Positions 49,134 to 59,400 of a stretch of 64,000 nt of DNA are shown here, in pieces; position 1 is the stretch's first letter, and every line of letters begins with the position of its first letter. The stretch lies in contig JBGAVT010000001.1 in the NCBI GenBank assembly GCA_044227985.1, forward strand, positions 6,216 through 70,215, given 5' to 3'. Under the pieces are notes generated by a model, which saw nothing but the letters and a program-made list of their open reading frames with translations, was not told the DNA's origin and ran no database searches. This DNA comes from Candidatus Saccharimonadales bacterium (GTDB lineage Bacteria > Patescibacteriota > Saccharimonadia > Saccharimonadales > JAGPDM01). The position numbers and the translations under genes were made by a program.

Positions 49134-50795
49134 TTAGTTGAATAATTGCGGTCTGGTGACATCAGAAATTTTATGGGACTCACCGCCCTCGGTCGATATT
49201 ACAAAATCAGATGACTGTCCTGGGCTATTGTCGTAGTACACAATCGTATCATTTCCAATCCAGTTTATATCGCTACTAATTGAATCTGCCGTAGCGATTA
49301 TTTTACTCTCAGAAGCGCCAGAAAGACTACGTACAACTATTACGTTCTTACCATCGCGTTCTTCAACCCACGCTGCTTTCGATAAATCTCTAGAATAGCG
49401 AATTACTAAATCTTGTAATCCTGCTGGCTCACCCTCAAGCTGTGTTTGGTTGCTACTGTCTGTATTAAGCTGCCACCAATCAAGCGCCTGTTCATCTTTC
49501 TTCTGAGAGCTAAAGACTAGTTGGTTGACGGAAGTAAGATTAAGATTATAGATAGTCGCAGCTAGATGGTTTTTGGGATCTACCCCAGCAGTAGACATGC
49601 TTCGCAGTCCCGTAAAACTAGCACCACTGGTCTCAAATAGCGTGAAGAAAATTCTATCTTTTACTAGTTGTATAGAACCATATTGCGGGCTGCTAGAAAG
49701 CTCATCTTTAGATGACGTTTTTGTGTTAACAGTCGAGATGTAGCTATCTCCATCATTATCTTTTTTATCAACTCGTGACGAATAGACAAATGTATCACCA
49801 GACCATCCAATGGGGCTAATATAGCTAGCCTGATCGATCTTCTTATTGGAACCATCATTTGTAACCAAATAAATACTTGTTAAAAGATTACCACCTTTAT
49901 CGCGCTCCCCATTGCGTGTCGAAATTACGACCGTATCCTTTCCATTCGGTGCCGTGCTCGACATAGTACCGCTGCCCTCTTTGCCTGTTGCAGCCAAAAC
50001 GACCGACTGCTCACTGCCATCAAATCTTGAACGGTAGGTATTGTACTTGCCTTCACGTTGACTGATAAAAAAGTGCCAGCTATCAGGAACCAGAGTGACG
50101 ATTTGAGTTTTTTCACTACTTTGGTTGATGCTAAATTTATTAGCAATATAACCATTCTTTTTAACTACTATATCCACTAATGGTTGCTCGGAGTTACGTT
50201 CGACTGTAACAATAGCTCGCCCAGCCTCATCGGTTGTGATCCCTTGTTGATTGTAGCCAACATCTGCGGCTGCAATTGGTTTTTGACTAAGCCAGTCTAC
50301 CACTGTCAATTCGAGTTGCTTACCTGTCGGCACAAGATAGATTTCTCCAAAATTATTATCATTGTAGCCAAGCACAACATCTTTGCCTTGGTTTTGATAA
50401 CCTTCAATTTCAATTTTAAGTTCGGTATCACCGAACTGCATCGCTCTAAACTTAGCTCGTCCTCTACGGTCACTTTCTTCCTTCTTTCCCGCTATCGATA
50501 CTATGGCCCCTTTAATTGGCTGCTTAGTTCTATCATCGCGTATAACAACTTCAGCTTTTGTCTTCATCCCGATTATATTAAAGGCTTGAAAGCGCCATTT
50601 TGGCATGGCATAAATGGTTCCAACAGCTGCTGTTAAAAGTAAAAGTACTATAAATAATTTACCAAAAGGACTTTTCCAAAGCTTGATACATCGACGCCTA
50701 AGCCAGTGTGCCAAACCCGGCCGGCCGACGTGAATTTTCTTTTGATCAGATATTTTATGGCCTTCTGGTATTTCTCTTTTACTGTCTTCTGGCAT
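49134..50795 (-). CDS. Membrane-anchored surface protein with carboxypeptidase-regulatory-like beta-sandwich domains and a TolB-like beta-propeller
   Basis: TM; two D-x-x-x-x-x-PI-x-x-A-x-V...(T/S)D-x-x-G-x-A...GY units; FISQREG, APNGK and repeated W-x-x-D blade-like motifs. Confidence 0.7.
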   Translation of the reverse strand: MPEDSKREIPEGHKISDQKKIHVGRPGLAHWLRRRCIKLWKSPFGKLFIVLLLLTAAVGTIYAMPKWRFQAFNIIGMKTKAEVVIRDDRTKQPIKGAIVSIAGKKEESDRRGRAKFRAMQFGDTELKIEIEGYQNQGKDVVLGYNDNNFGEIYLVPTGKQLELTVVDWLSQKPIAAADVGYNQQGITTDEAGRAIVTVERNSEQPLVDIVVKKNGYIANKFSINQSSEKTQIVTLVPDSWHFFISQREGKYNTYRSRFDGSEQSVVLAATGKEGSGTMSSTAPNGKDTVVISTRNGERDKGGNLLTSIYLVTNDGSNKKIDQASYISPIGWSGDTFVYSSRVDKKDNDGDSYISTVNTKTSSKDELSSSPQYGSIQLVKDRIFFTLFETSGASFTGLRSMSTAGVDPKNHLAATIYNLNLTSVNQLVFSSQKKDEQALDWWQLNTDSSNQTQLEGEPAGLQDLVIRYSRDLSKAAWVEERDGKNVIVVRSLSGASESKIIATADSISSDINWIGNDTIVYYDNSPGQSSDFVISTEGGESHKISDVTRPQLFN

Positions 50796-50829
50796 TCTTA
50801 AATTCTAGCATAAGCGGATTGAATAGCGA

Positions 50830-51306
50830 TTAGTATTTTGCAAATAGCTGCACGCTTGAATTGTCTAATTTTATAGCAAGGGTGGATATGGGGAGTTTGG
50901 TATTTGGGTCTAATAAATCACCAACAATTTGCGCGAGTGGAACTAATACAAATGCTCGGTCTGTAAGCTGAGGATGTGGAATAGTCAATCGTTGAGAACT
51001 AATCTGTTTATCATCAAAAAGCAATATATCGATATCTATTTCGCGTGGACCCCATCGATAAGTTTCGGTTCGGCCTAAGTCAGCTTCAATTTTTTTAATA
51101 ATACTCAACACTTCTTCTGGTGTTTTATCAGTTTCAGCGGTTAAGCAGGCGTTGAGAAAATCAGGCTGGTTTTCTTCCCCCCAGGCTTTAGTTTCATAAA
51201 TACTTGATACTTTATCAATAGAAAAGTAATGTGATAATTTATCAACAGTTCTACGAATATAATCCTCTCTATCGCCAACATTGCTACCGAGCCCGAGCGC
51301 AATCAT
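50830..51306 (-). CDS. folK: 6-hydroxymethyl-7,8-dihydropterin pyrophosphokinase
   Basis: LGLGSN-x-GDR, SS-x-YET, Q-x-x-FLN, E-x-x-x-GR, WGPR-x-IDIDIL, IPHP, R-x-FVL-x-PL. Confidence 0.96.
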   Translation of the reverse strand: MIALGLGSNVGDREDYIRRTVDKLSHYFSIDKVSSIYETKAWGEENQPDFLNACLTAETDKTPEEVLSIIKKIEADLGRTETYRWGPREIDIDILLFDDKQISSQRLTIPHPQLTDRAFVLVPLAQIVGDLLDPNTKLPISTLAIKLDNSSVQLFAKY

Positions 51307-51902
51307 ACTTTTTTTCGGTTCAAATGCAGAACCTTCCTTCTTAGTATTATTACAGAAACTAAAAGCACATTAAAAATAAAGATGTAAAGAGGAAATGCGT
51401 AGGTAGCAAAACTCCATGTATCTATCGTTAGTAAAACTAGCAGTGAGTTAACGATGCCGAAAAGAAAGACCACATATGCTTCTGAGAGCGGGTGTGTGAA
51501 GGCTTTTTTAAAGATCGGCAACCCAGCGCTTAAGTCGGCGATGATAGAAAAAATAATAGCCAAAATACCACTACCGCTTAGTGCCCAAACAACAATTGCA
51601 AGAATTGCGAAAAAACCGCAGTAATAATCAAATTTATCCAGCTTCCAGTAAGCTTTTTTGTTCACGAAAGAGGCTAAGAATATCATCAGTGGATTGAACC
51701 CGACTATAAACGAAAGGAGCGCTTGTTTACCTACTCCTTCACTTAATGCCGCGAAGAAAGCAATCATTGGTACGATACTAAGTAGCAGCCAGCTCAGACG
51801 GTTAGGCTGCACTTTGCCAAGTAAGGTCAAACGAACATAGCTCAAACCACCCAGAAATGATATTAACGTTCCAACATAAATGAACCATTCTGGTAGCATC
51901 AA
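51303..51902 (-). CDS. Small multi-TM membrane protein (PQ-loop/SWEET-like), paralog 2
   Basis: About seven TMs; G-x-x-x-PNR-x-SW, D-x-x-A-x-x-P-x-x-x-K-x-x-x-x-P-x-SE, FPLY. Confidence 0.75.
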   Translation of the reverse strand: MMLPEWFIYVGTLISFLGGLSYVRLTLLGKVQPNRLSWLLLSIVPMIAFFAALSEGVGKQALLSFIVGFNPLMIFLASFVNKKAYWKLDKFDYYCGFFAILAIVVWALSGSGILAIIFSIIADLSAGLPIFKKAFTHPLSEAYVVFLFGIVNSLLVLLTIDTWSFATYAFPLYIFIFNVLLVSVIILRRKVLHLNRKKV

Positions 51903-52489
51903 TTAAATGCTTTCTGTTGTTTAAGACTGCCAAATTTAATTAATAACGCCATTATTCCCGTTATCACTGTTAAGTAGAGAGGAAACGAAAGCTCTGCAAA
52001 ACTCCATTCCTGAATTGTAAATAATGTAGTTATGCCAGATAAAAAAGTTAGCCCATAAGCGAGAACGTTCTCGGTCTCAGGATGAGTAAAGCATTTCTTC
52101 ATTGTGGGGAAACTCGCCAGACCATCAGCTGTAATCGAAAGTATAATTGCTAAACTAGCATTCTTGGTCAGCTGCCATAACATTATAGCTAAAACTACAA
52201 AAACCGCTAAGATATAATCTTGTTTTTTTGTTTGCCAATATGCATTCTTGTTAAATAGACTAGCAAGTAACACCGTCAATGGAAGTAACGATGAAGAGAG
52301 CGTCAGCAAAACCTGAATGCCAACTCCTTGATTTAGTTGCGCGAATGCTGTGATCAACGGAATTAAAAACCAAAAGAACCACGTTACCCTATTTGGTTTA
52401 CTCTTTCCTTGAAAAGTCGTGACTATATATCCGAGAGTCCCAATTGTATTGATAACAACTGCTACATAAACAAAATAGCTAGGTAACAT
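51899..52489 (-). CDS. Small multi-TM membrane protein (PQ-loop/SWEET-like), paralog 1
   Basis: Aligns by eye end to end with 51303-51902 (MLP-x-x-F-x-YV, PNR, NK-x-AYW, FTHP, WSF, FPLY). Confidence 0.75.
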   Translation of the reverse strand: MLPSYFVYVAVVINTIGTLGYIVTTFQGKSKPNRVTWFFWFLIPLITAFAQLNQGVGIQVLLTLSSSLLPLTVLLASLFNKNAYWQTKKQDYILAVFVVLAIMLWQLTKNASLAIILSITADGLASFPTMKKCFTHPETENVLAYGLTFLSGITTLFTIQEWSFAELSFPLYLTVITGIMALLIKFGSLKQQKAFN

Positions 52490-52551
52490 AATTTACTATG
52501 GATTCAATTGGTTAAAGAATTGCGAGCATACTACTGATATTTTAAAATAGA

Positions 52552-54336
52552 TCATTTTTCAGTTTGTTCAACAACTTCAATAGACAAGTCAGACAACTGC
52601 TCTGGGCTGACGCTACTTGGGCTTTGCATCATCAAATCAACGCCGCTACCGTTCTTCGGAAATGCCACTACCTCACGAATATTGTCTTCGTCCATTAGCA
52701 CCATAAATATCCTATCTAGACCCGGCGCATTCCCCGCATGAGGTGGAGCGCCGTACTTGAATGCACTTATCATCGCCCCAAATCGCTCATCAACTGTTTC
52801 GCGGCTGATTCCTACTACTTCAAATGCAGCATACATAACTTCAGGTTTGTAGTTACGAACCGCACCCGAGCTAGCCTCATAACCATTCATCACAAGATCA
52901 TACTGGTCGGCAATGAGAGCCAATTTTTCTTCGTCAGTTTTTGCAGCTTCAATCGCCGCCAATCCGCCTTTTGGCATACTAAAGGGATTGTGACCAAAAT
53001 CAATTTTCTTTTGTTTTTCATCCCATTCATAAAATGGAAAATCAATGACCCAAAGTAAACTCACCTCATTAGAATCTTTAAGCTTAAAGTGATCCACAAA
53101 AGCAACCCGCACCGCACCCAAAACTTTGTTAACTTCATTTCGCACGCCAGCACCAAAGAAAACTCCGTCGCCATCCTGGACATTGAATTTTGCTTTTATC
53201 ATCTCAATCTCTTGTTCGCTCATAAACTTTGCAATTGGCGACTTCACTTCTCCGTCTGTGAACAATATATAGGCCAGTCCTTTCGCACCGTTTTGCTTGG
53301 CTATTTCTGTGAATCCATCAATTTCTTTACGACTTAAAGATGCGGCGCCTTTAACATCAATTGCTTTAACCACTCCACCGTCCTGTATCGCGTTACCGAA
53401 AACAGAAAACTCTGTATCTGTAAAATCTTCGCTCAAATCTACCAACTTCATATCGTATCGTAAATCAGGTTTATCACTTCCATAGGTATTCATCGCTTCG
53501 TCATAGGTAATACGTGGGACATCTTCAAAGGTTAGTTTCTTACCAGCAAAATCTGTCACGAGTGATGTCATCAACGGATCCATCATCTTTCGAACTTCAT
53601 CACCGTCTTCGACAAACGCCATTTCCATATCAAGCTGATAGAACTCTCCATAAAGTCGATCGTCACGAGGATCTTCATCACGAAAACAAGCTGCAAGCTG
53701 GTAATAGCGTGGAATGCCACCAACCATAAGTAGTTGCTTGAACTGCTGCGGTGCTTGAGGCAGGGCATAAAATCTACCTTGCTGAAAGCGTGATGGAATT
53801 ACAAAGTCTCGCGCTCCTTCTGGACTGGAATTTGCCAAAATTGGAGTTGTAATCTCTGTAAAATCGTTTTTTTCCATGTACTGTCGAATGTAGCTATACA
53901 TTTCTGATCGCCGTTTTAGCATTGTCTGCATTTTCTCACGACGTAAATCAAGATACCGATACTTTAGGCGAGTTTCTTCGTTCGCAACCTGATTGTCTTT
54001 CGTAACACTAAAAGGTAGCGGGTCGGACTTGTTAAGAATCTCTAACATTTCCACAACTACTTCAACTTCACCGGTAGCAATATCTTTATTAATCAATCCA
54101 GATTCTCGGTTGATCACTTTACCAGTGGCTTTCAATACGTATTCGTCGCGAACAGTTTCGGCGACCCTGAAAGCTGCTTCATGATCTGGATGAATCGTTA
54201 GCTGGACGATGCCTGACTCATCCCGAATATCGATAAAAATCACACCGCCGTGGTCACGGCGACTATTCACCCAACCCATCAACATGACTTGTTGGTCGAT
54301 TGATTTATTACTTTCTAATGCTAAACTTCGCTTCAT
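52552..54336 (-). CDS. aspS: Aspartate--tRNA ligase
   Basis: RRDHGG, R-x-x-YRYLDLR, PEGARDF, LPQAPQQFKQLLM, CFRDED, YGSDKPDLR, GAPPHAG, FPK. Confidence 0.97.
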   Translation of the reverse strand: MKRSLALESNKSIDQQVMLMGWVNSRRDHGGVIFIDIRDESGIVQLTIHPDHEAAFRVAETVRDEYVLKATGKVINRESGLINKDIATGEVEVVVEMLEILNKSDPLPFSVTKDNQVANEETRLKYRYLDLRREKMQTMLKRRSEMYSYIRQYMEKNDFTEITTPILANSSPEGARDFVIPSRFQQGRFYALPQAPQQFKQLLMVGGIPRYYQLAACFRDEDPRDDRLYGEFYQLDMEMAFVEDGDEVRKMMDPLMTSLVTDFAGKKLTFEDVPRITYDEAMNTYGSDKPDLRYDMKLVDLSEDFTDTEFSVFGNAIQDGGVVKAIDVKGAASLSRKEIDGFTEIAKQNGAKGLAYILFTDGEVKSPIAKFMSEQEIEMIKAKFNVQDGDGVFFGAGVRNEVNKVLGAVRVAFVDHFKLKDSNEVSLLWVIDFPFYEWDEKQKKIDFGHNPFSMPKGGLAAIEAAKTDEEKLALIADQYDLVMNGYEASSGAVRNYKPEVMYAAFEVVGISRETVDERFGAMISAFKYGAPPHAGNAPGLDRIFMVLMDEDNIREVVAFPKNGSGVDLMMQSPSSVSPEQLSDLSIEVVEQTEK

Positions 54337-54393
54337 ATCAGGTTATTATAACAGATTATCAAGAGCTTTTAATCTGTTTAATCCAAAAAAACA

Positions 54394-55458
54394 CTACTTA
54401 CCAACTTGAGAAGCGAGATAGCTTTGGACGAAATCTGAGATTTCACCATCGAGCACGGCGCTTGTATCAGAAGTTTCGTGGGATGTACGGGTGTCTTTGA
54501 CCATATTGTACGGGTGAAGCACATAATTTCTGATCTGGTTTCCCCATGCCGCTTTTGTATCTGGACCTTTGATATCAGCAATTTTTTCAGCGTGTTGTTC
54601 TTCGGCGAGCTGAGCTAATTTACTCTTTAATATCTTCATTGCGGTTTCCTTATTCTGAATCTGTGAACGCTCGTTCTGAATCGAAATAACAATATTTGTT
54701 GGAATGTGGGTCACGCGGACCGCACTGTCGGTCGTGTTAACGCTCTGGCCACCATGCCCACCAGCCCGATAAACATCAATCCGTAGGTCTTTATCGTCAA
54801 TCTCAATATCACCAGGCTCGTCAATCAGTGGGGTTATTTCAACCAGCGCAAAGCTAGTCTGTCTGAGATTGTCTGAATTAAACGGACTGAGTCGAACTAA
54901 ACGGTGAACACCGTGCTCGCTTTTCAGTAGACCAAACGCATTCGTACCTTTAATTTCTAGTGTAACTGATTTAATACCGGCTTCATCACCGGCTGATTCG
55001 GTAATCTGCTCGACTTTCCATTTTTGGCCTTGAGCGTAGCGAACATACATCCGCCTGAGCATCCCTGCCCAATCCATAGCATCAGTACCTCCAGTGCCAG
55101 CGTGGATGCTCAGAACAGCATCTTCGCTGTCGTATTGACCGCCAAGCAGTAGTTGGCCGTGTAGCGCCTGATACCTCGCTATGGCTGCTTGCTTCTCATT
55201 GCTGAGCTGGCTGTCATCACCTCCACTAAGCTCTATAATGTCGGCAACTTCTTGTTCGAGTAGTCGCCACGGTTCAACCGTCTCATGCATTCGCGCCAAT
55301 CGCTTCGTCTTAGCTTGCGCCTTGGATTGATCGTTCCAGAAATCAGGACTTGCTTGCTCAAGCTCAATCTCAGCAATCTCTTTTTCTTTGACAGCAATAT
55401 CTAGCTTATTGATCGCATCATTAACCGCATCCGCCAATTGTTTAAACTCAATTTCCAT
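54394..55458 (-). CDS. prfB: Peptide chain release factor 2 (no programmed frameshift)
   Basis: SPF tripeptide (RLSPF), GGQ, WGNQIRNYV; continuous reading frame. Confidence 0.97.
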   Translation of the reverse strand: MEIEFKQLADAVNDAINKLDIAVKEKEIAEIELEQASPDFWNDQSKAQAKTKRLARMHETVEPWRLLEQEVADIIELSGGDDSQLSNEKQAAIARYQALHGQLLLGGQYDSEDAVLSIHAGTGGTDAMDWAGMLRRMYVRYAQGQKWKVEQITESAGDEAGIKSVTLEIKGTNAFGLLKSEHGVHRLVRLSPFNSDNLRQTSFALVEITPLIDEPGDIEIDDKDLRIDVYRAGGHGGQSVNTTDSAVRVTHIPTNIVISIQNERSQIQNKETAMKILKSKLAQLAEEQHAEKIADIKGPDTKAAWGNQIRNYVLHPYNMVKDTRTSHETSDTSAVLDGEISDFVQSYLASQVGK

Positions 55459-55501
55459 ACTCTAACATTAACAAATTCTGCGGTGAGCTGCTTTAACAGA
55501 T

Positions 55502-56038
55502 TTAATTAGAGTCCAGTGTCTCCTGCTCATTATCTCCATACTTGCTTATGATTTCCAAGAATCGTCGTGAGGTCCGCTTAATGCGAAGCTTATCTCTAAA
55601 TCTAGGACGCTCTCCATTAACAACTCTAGGCAATGCAACAGCGTTTGTTGCGGCGGCCTGGAGTGCTTCGCTGCTTGGAGTCTCACCGTTGTGATATTTA
55701 GCAATTGAATAGAGGTCTCGATTGTTGTGTCGACGATCTAACAATCTAGTAAATGAACCAGTCGTGACCTTAAACCCAAGATATATAGTCGCAGCGAGAC
55801 CCAATGATACTACATCCACAGGCAACCCGCCGCCTTGGTACTCAGTATTCTCAACTCCAACGCTCGCTTCAGCTTCCATAAGATCGGTTGTTCTAGCAGC
55901 TAGAGCCACCGCTGCAACCGTGGCTATAAGCGTACCTGGCAACACGGCTTCAACTGTAGCGGGACTAGAGCGTTCGGTCATACTAAAATCAAAAAGTTCG
56001 ACGTCAATCCCCCCTTGTCTACCATCTATTAATTGCAT
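55502..56038 (-). CDS. Hypothetical membrane protein
   Basis: 178 aa, two hydrophobic segments, GAGGAGAG SD-like sequence upstream. Confidence 0.55.
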   Translation of the reverse strand: MQLIDGRQGGIDVELFDFSMTERSSPATVEAVLPGTLIATVAAVALAARTTDLMEAEASVGVENTEYQGGGLPVDVVSLGLAATIYLGFKVTTGSFTRLLDRRHNNRDLYSIAKYHNGETPSSEALQAAATNAVALPRVVNGERPRFRDKLRIKRTSRRFLEIISKYGDNEQETLDSN

Positions 56039-56166
56039 GATATTTCTCTCCTCTTAATTTGATAATAAACTTTCGTAAATAAATTTGCAAGCATGAGTAC
56101 TTTATTTCATGGATATAACAATATCAGACAGGGATAGGCGCAAAAGAGCCAAAGCCTGAGAGTGAA

Positions 56167-56358
56167 TGTTATTTTAACAATAACGACACAGACAGTGTTT
56201 GAGTAGCGATAAGCTACGAGTTCTGTATGTGATTGTTTCAATAACAATGAACGCATCAAGCGACGTTAGAGCCCAGCGCTTTACTCAACTTTGGCGACAA
56301 AGTTGAGTAAATGGAATCATAGAATTAAAAACTGGAGCCCAGCCTACGCTGGAATGAC
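56167..56358. repeat. Cluster of palindromic / REP-like elements
   Basis: Imperfect rod at 56167-56246; 14-bp perfect stem with a GCGA loop at 56280-56311; CCAGCCTACGCTGGAATGAC unit ending at 56358. Confidence 0.65.
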
Positions 56359-56381
56359 GTAGCAAAGTTAGTTGACGTAAA

Positions 56382-56417
56382 TCAAAAACCCCTCACTATT
56401 TCTAGTAAGGGGTTTGA
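56382..56417 (-). terminator. Intrinsic terminator of the large surface-protein gene
   Basis: Minus strand AAACCCCTTACTAG-aaa-TAGTGAGGGGTTTTT. Confidence 0.7.
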
Positions 56418-56455
56418 GAGCGGTCAAGCTTGCGAGTCATTCGCTAAAGGATTTA

Positions 56456-59400
56456 TTATCCGTTTAGCAATGCGCTCTGCAATCGTCGTCGGCTGATAAC
56501 CCAGCGTCGGATACTTGCACCGACGGCTGCGATCACGCTACCGAGTCCGAGCATTCCAGCACCTGTTTTTGGCAGAATGCTTGGGCCAACGATTCCTGGT
56601 GTTGAACCTGGAGTCTCTGGACCTGGAGTTACTGGAGCTTTGACAATCTTGACTTGAGCTTCGTCGCAGTCGTAACGATCAGCATTCATTGCGCCGCCTT
56701 TACAGACTTTGGCACACTCTTCGCGACTTGACTCAGGTACGTAACCTTCGTCATTGTCAGCTGCACAGACATAGTTAGTAACAACTTTGCCTTCGCCGTC
56801 AGCAGTAGCTTTCGCGTTAAACTCGATGTAAACGCTCTGACCTTTACCAATTGACTTGATAACATTCTTAAGGTTTGAACCTTGAGCAGCTACTAGTTCA
56901 GCTGGTAGGTAGTCACGAACTGATACGTTTTCAAGTGTCATGTTTCCAGTGTTAGTAAATCGGATGATAAATCGTACGTTACTTCCACTTTGAACTTCGA
57001 CAAGCTCTAGAGCTTTATTGAAACCGTTGGCACCAGTCGCGTTCAAGTCAGTTGTAACTTTCTTTTCAACGTCGAGCATTGGTTTTTTGTTAACTTCTAC
57101 TTCTGCAGTGTCGCAGTCTTCGAGGTCAATTTTACCATCGTCGTTGGTGTCGTCAGTTACACAGACTTTGTTAATACCTGAGTTCATTGCTTTCGCATTG
57201 ATCTCGAAGTAAACGCTCATGCCTGGCTTAAGTTCTTTGATGACCGCTTCAGTTGGATCACCTGAGACATACTCGATGCCTTTAGGTAGGTAATCTTTAA
57301 CCTTGACGTTTGTTAAGGTAACGTCACCAGTGTTAGTGACTTTGTAGATGTAGCGAACGGTGTCGTTCGGGCTGACTACTGCTTTTTCAGAAGCTTTGTC
57401 GTAACCATCTTTACCGATAGCTTTCAGGTCAGTTGTAACCCGCTTCTCAACATTGAGTTTTGGATTAGCTGTAACCGTTACGGTTGCAGTATCACAATCA
57501 TCAGCATTGGTAGGCTCGTTTGGATTAACTTCCTTAGCGTTTACACAAGCTGTATTAACGAGGTTACCAGCTTGGTAAGCAACTACTTTAGCTTTGAGGT
57601 TGATGCTGATACTCTGACCAACTTTAAGCTCAGGGATGATGTAGCTAAGGTTTCGCTTAGCGGCATCGATTGAGCCTTTGTCAGTGCTGATGAGTGTTAC
57701 TCCAGCTGGAGCTGCATCTCGTACGGATACGTTCTTAAGATCGACTTCGCCAGTATTCTTAACGACAAGTTGGTATGTAAACTCAGCGCCTACTTTAACT
57801 TCCTTGTTTTCTACGCCATCGACTTTTTTGTCGATTGAGACGTTAGGTTTCTTGATGTCTATAACAACATCATCACACTCGTCTTCAGGTGTTTCCACTG
57901 CGTCAACACAAGCTGTGTTCTTAACGCTGCCAGTTGCACCGGCAACTTTTGCCTTGATCGAAATTTCTACGGTCTGGCCAACTTTGATGTTAGCGATAGT
58001 AGCGTTGTAGCTCTTGCCATCGGCAGATACGCTACCTTTATCAGCTGAGAGGAACTTTATGCCTGTTGGGGCCTTGTCAGTTACCTTCGCATTTGTCAGG
58101 TCAACATCACCAGTATTTTTGACTTTGAGCTTGTAAACAAACTCTTGGCCTTCAACACCATCAGTGATGCTTGAGGTTTTCTCAATATCAATCTTTGGAT
58201 TTTGCTTAGTAACGGTAACGATTGCATCGTCGCAGTCATCAGCTTCGTTAGGCTTAGTTGGGTTGACTTCAGGAGCATTGACACAAGCAATGTTCTTAAG
58301 CTCACCAGCCACGTAGGTTTTAACGATACCAGTTAGTTTGAATGTCTTGCTCTCACCAATTTTTAGTGACGGAATCGTGTATTCCCAGTCAGCGCCTTCA
58401 ATTGTTGCAGGGTTACGGATTGTGCCGAAGTCAGCTTTAGTAAGTGTTACACCTGCAGGTGCAGAGTCAGCAACCTTTACATTCTTGAGATCTACATCAC
58501 CAGTGTTTTTGACAACTAACTGGTAAGTGAACTCTTGCCCAACTTTGACTTCTTTCTTTTCTACGTTGTCGACTTTTTTATCGATTTTAACGTTTGGAGT
58601 CTGTACTTTGACAGTTACAACTGCATCGTCGCAAGCGTCAACTGCGTCAGGCTTGGTTGGGTTAACTTCTTTTGCATTTACGCAAGCGATGTTAACAAGG
58701 TTACCTGCTTTATAGGCTTTAACCACACCGACTAAGTTGAAAGTCATGCTTTGACCTTTTTTCAGTTCAGGAATTGTGTAGTTCCAAGTAGTTGGAGTTT
58801 TGATAGTACCTTTGTCGGCACTCTTCAATGTAACACCAGCTGGAGCCGTATCACCGACAACAACGTTCTTTAGATCGATGTCGCCTGTGTTCGTTACTTT
58901 AACTTGGTAGGTAAAGTTCTGACCGACTTTGACTTCTTTCTTTTCTACGTTGTCGACTTTTTTGTCGATAGTAACGGCTGGAGTAGGAATTTTAACTTCC
59001 GCACCGACGTAACATACTTTGTTACCAGCAGTTGTCTGAACGGTTACTTTGACTGCATATTTGAATGACTTAGCATATGTGTGTTCAACAGTGTTAGTTA
59101 AAGAACTTGTGTTAACGGTTTGACCTTTGTCGTCACCGAAGTCATAGACGTAACCTGTAACTTTGGCGCCGTTTTCAACAGCAGCCTTTGTAGTGAACTT
59201 AAACTTGTTGTAGCTTAGCTTTGTTGCGGTTAAGCTTTCGCAAGTAGCGCTAGGTGTTGGGATAGAAACATCAACTCCTACATTACAGACCTTGTCTCCA
59301 ACAGTTGTCTTGACTATTACGCTAACCGCATATTTAAATGATTTTGCGTAGTTGTGATCAACTGTGTTTGTCAAAGAATTTGTGTTTACTGTCTTAGTTT

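Noticed and set aside
54394-55458. Programmed +1 frameshift in prfB
   Set aside because: The frame is continuous and there is no CTT-TGA slippery site near codons 20-26.
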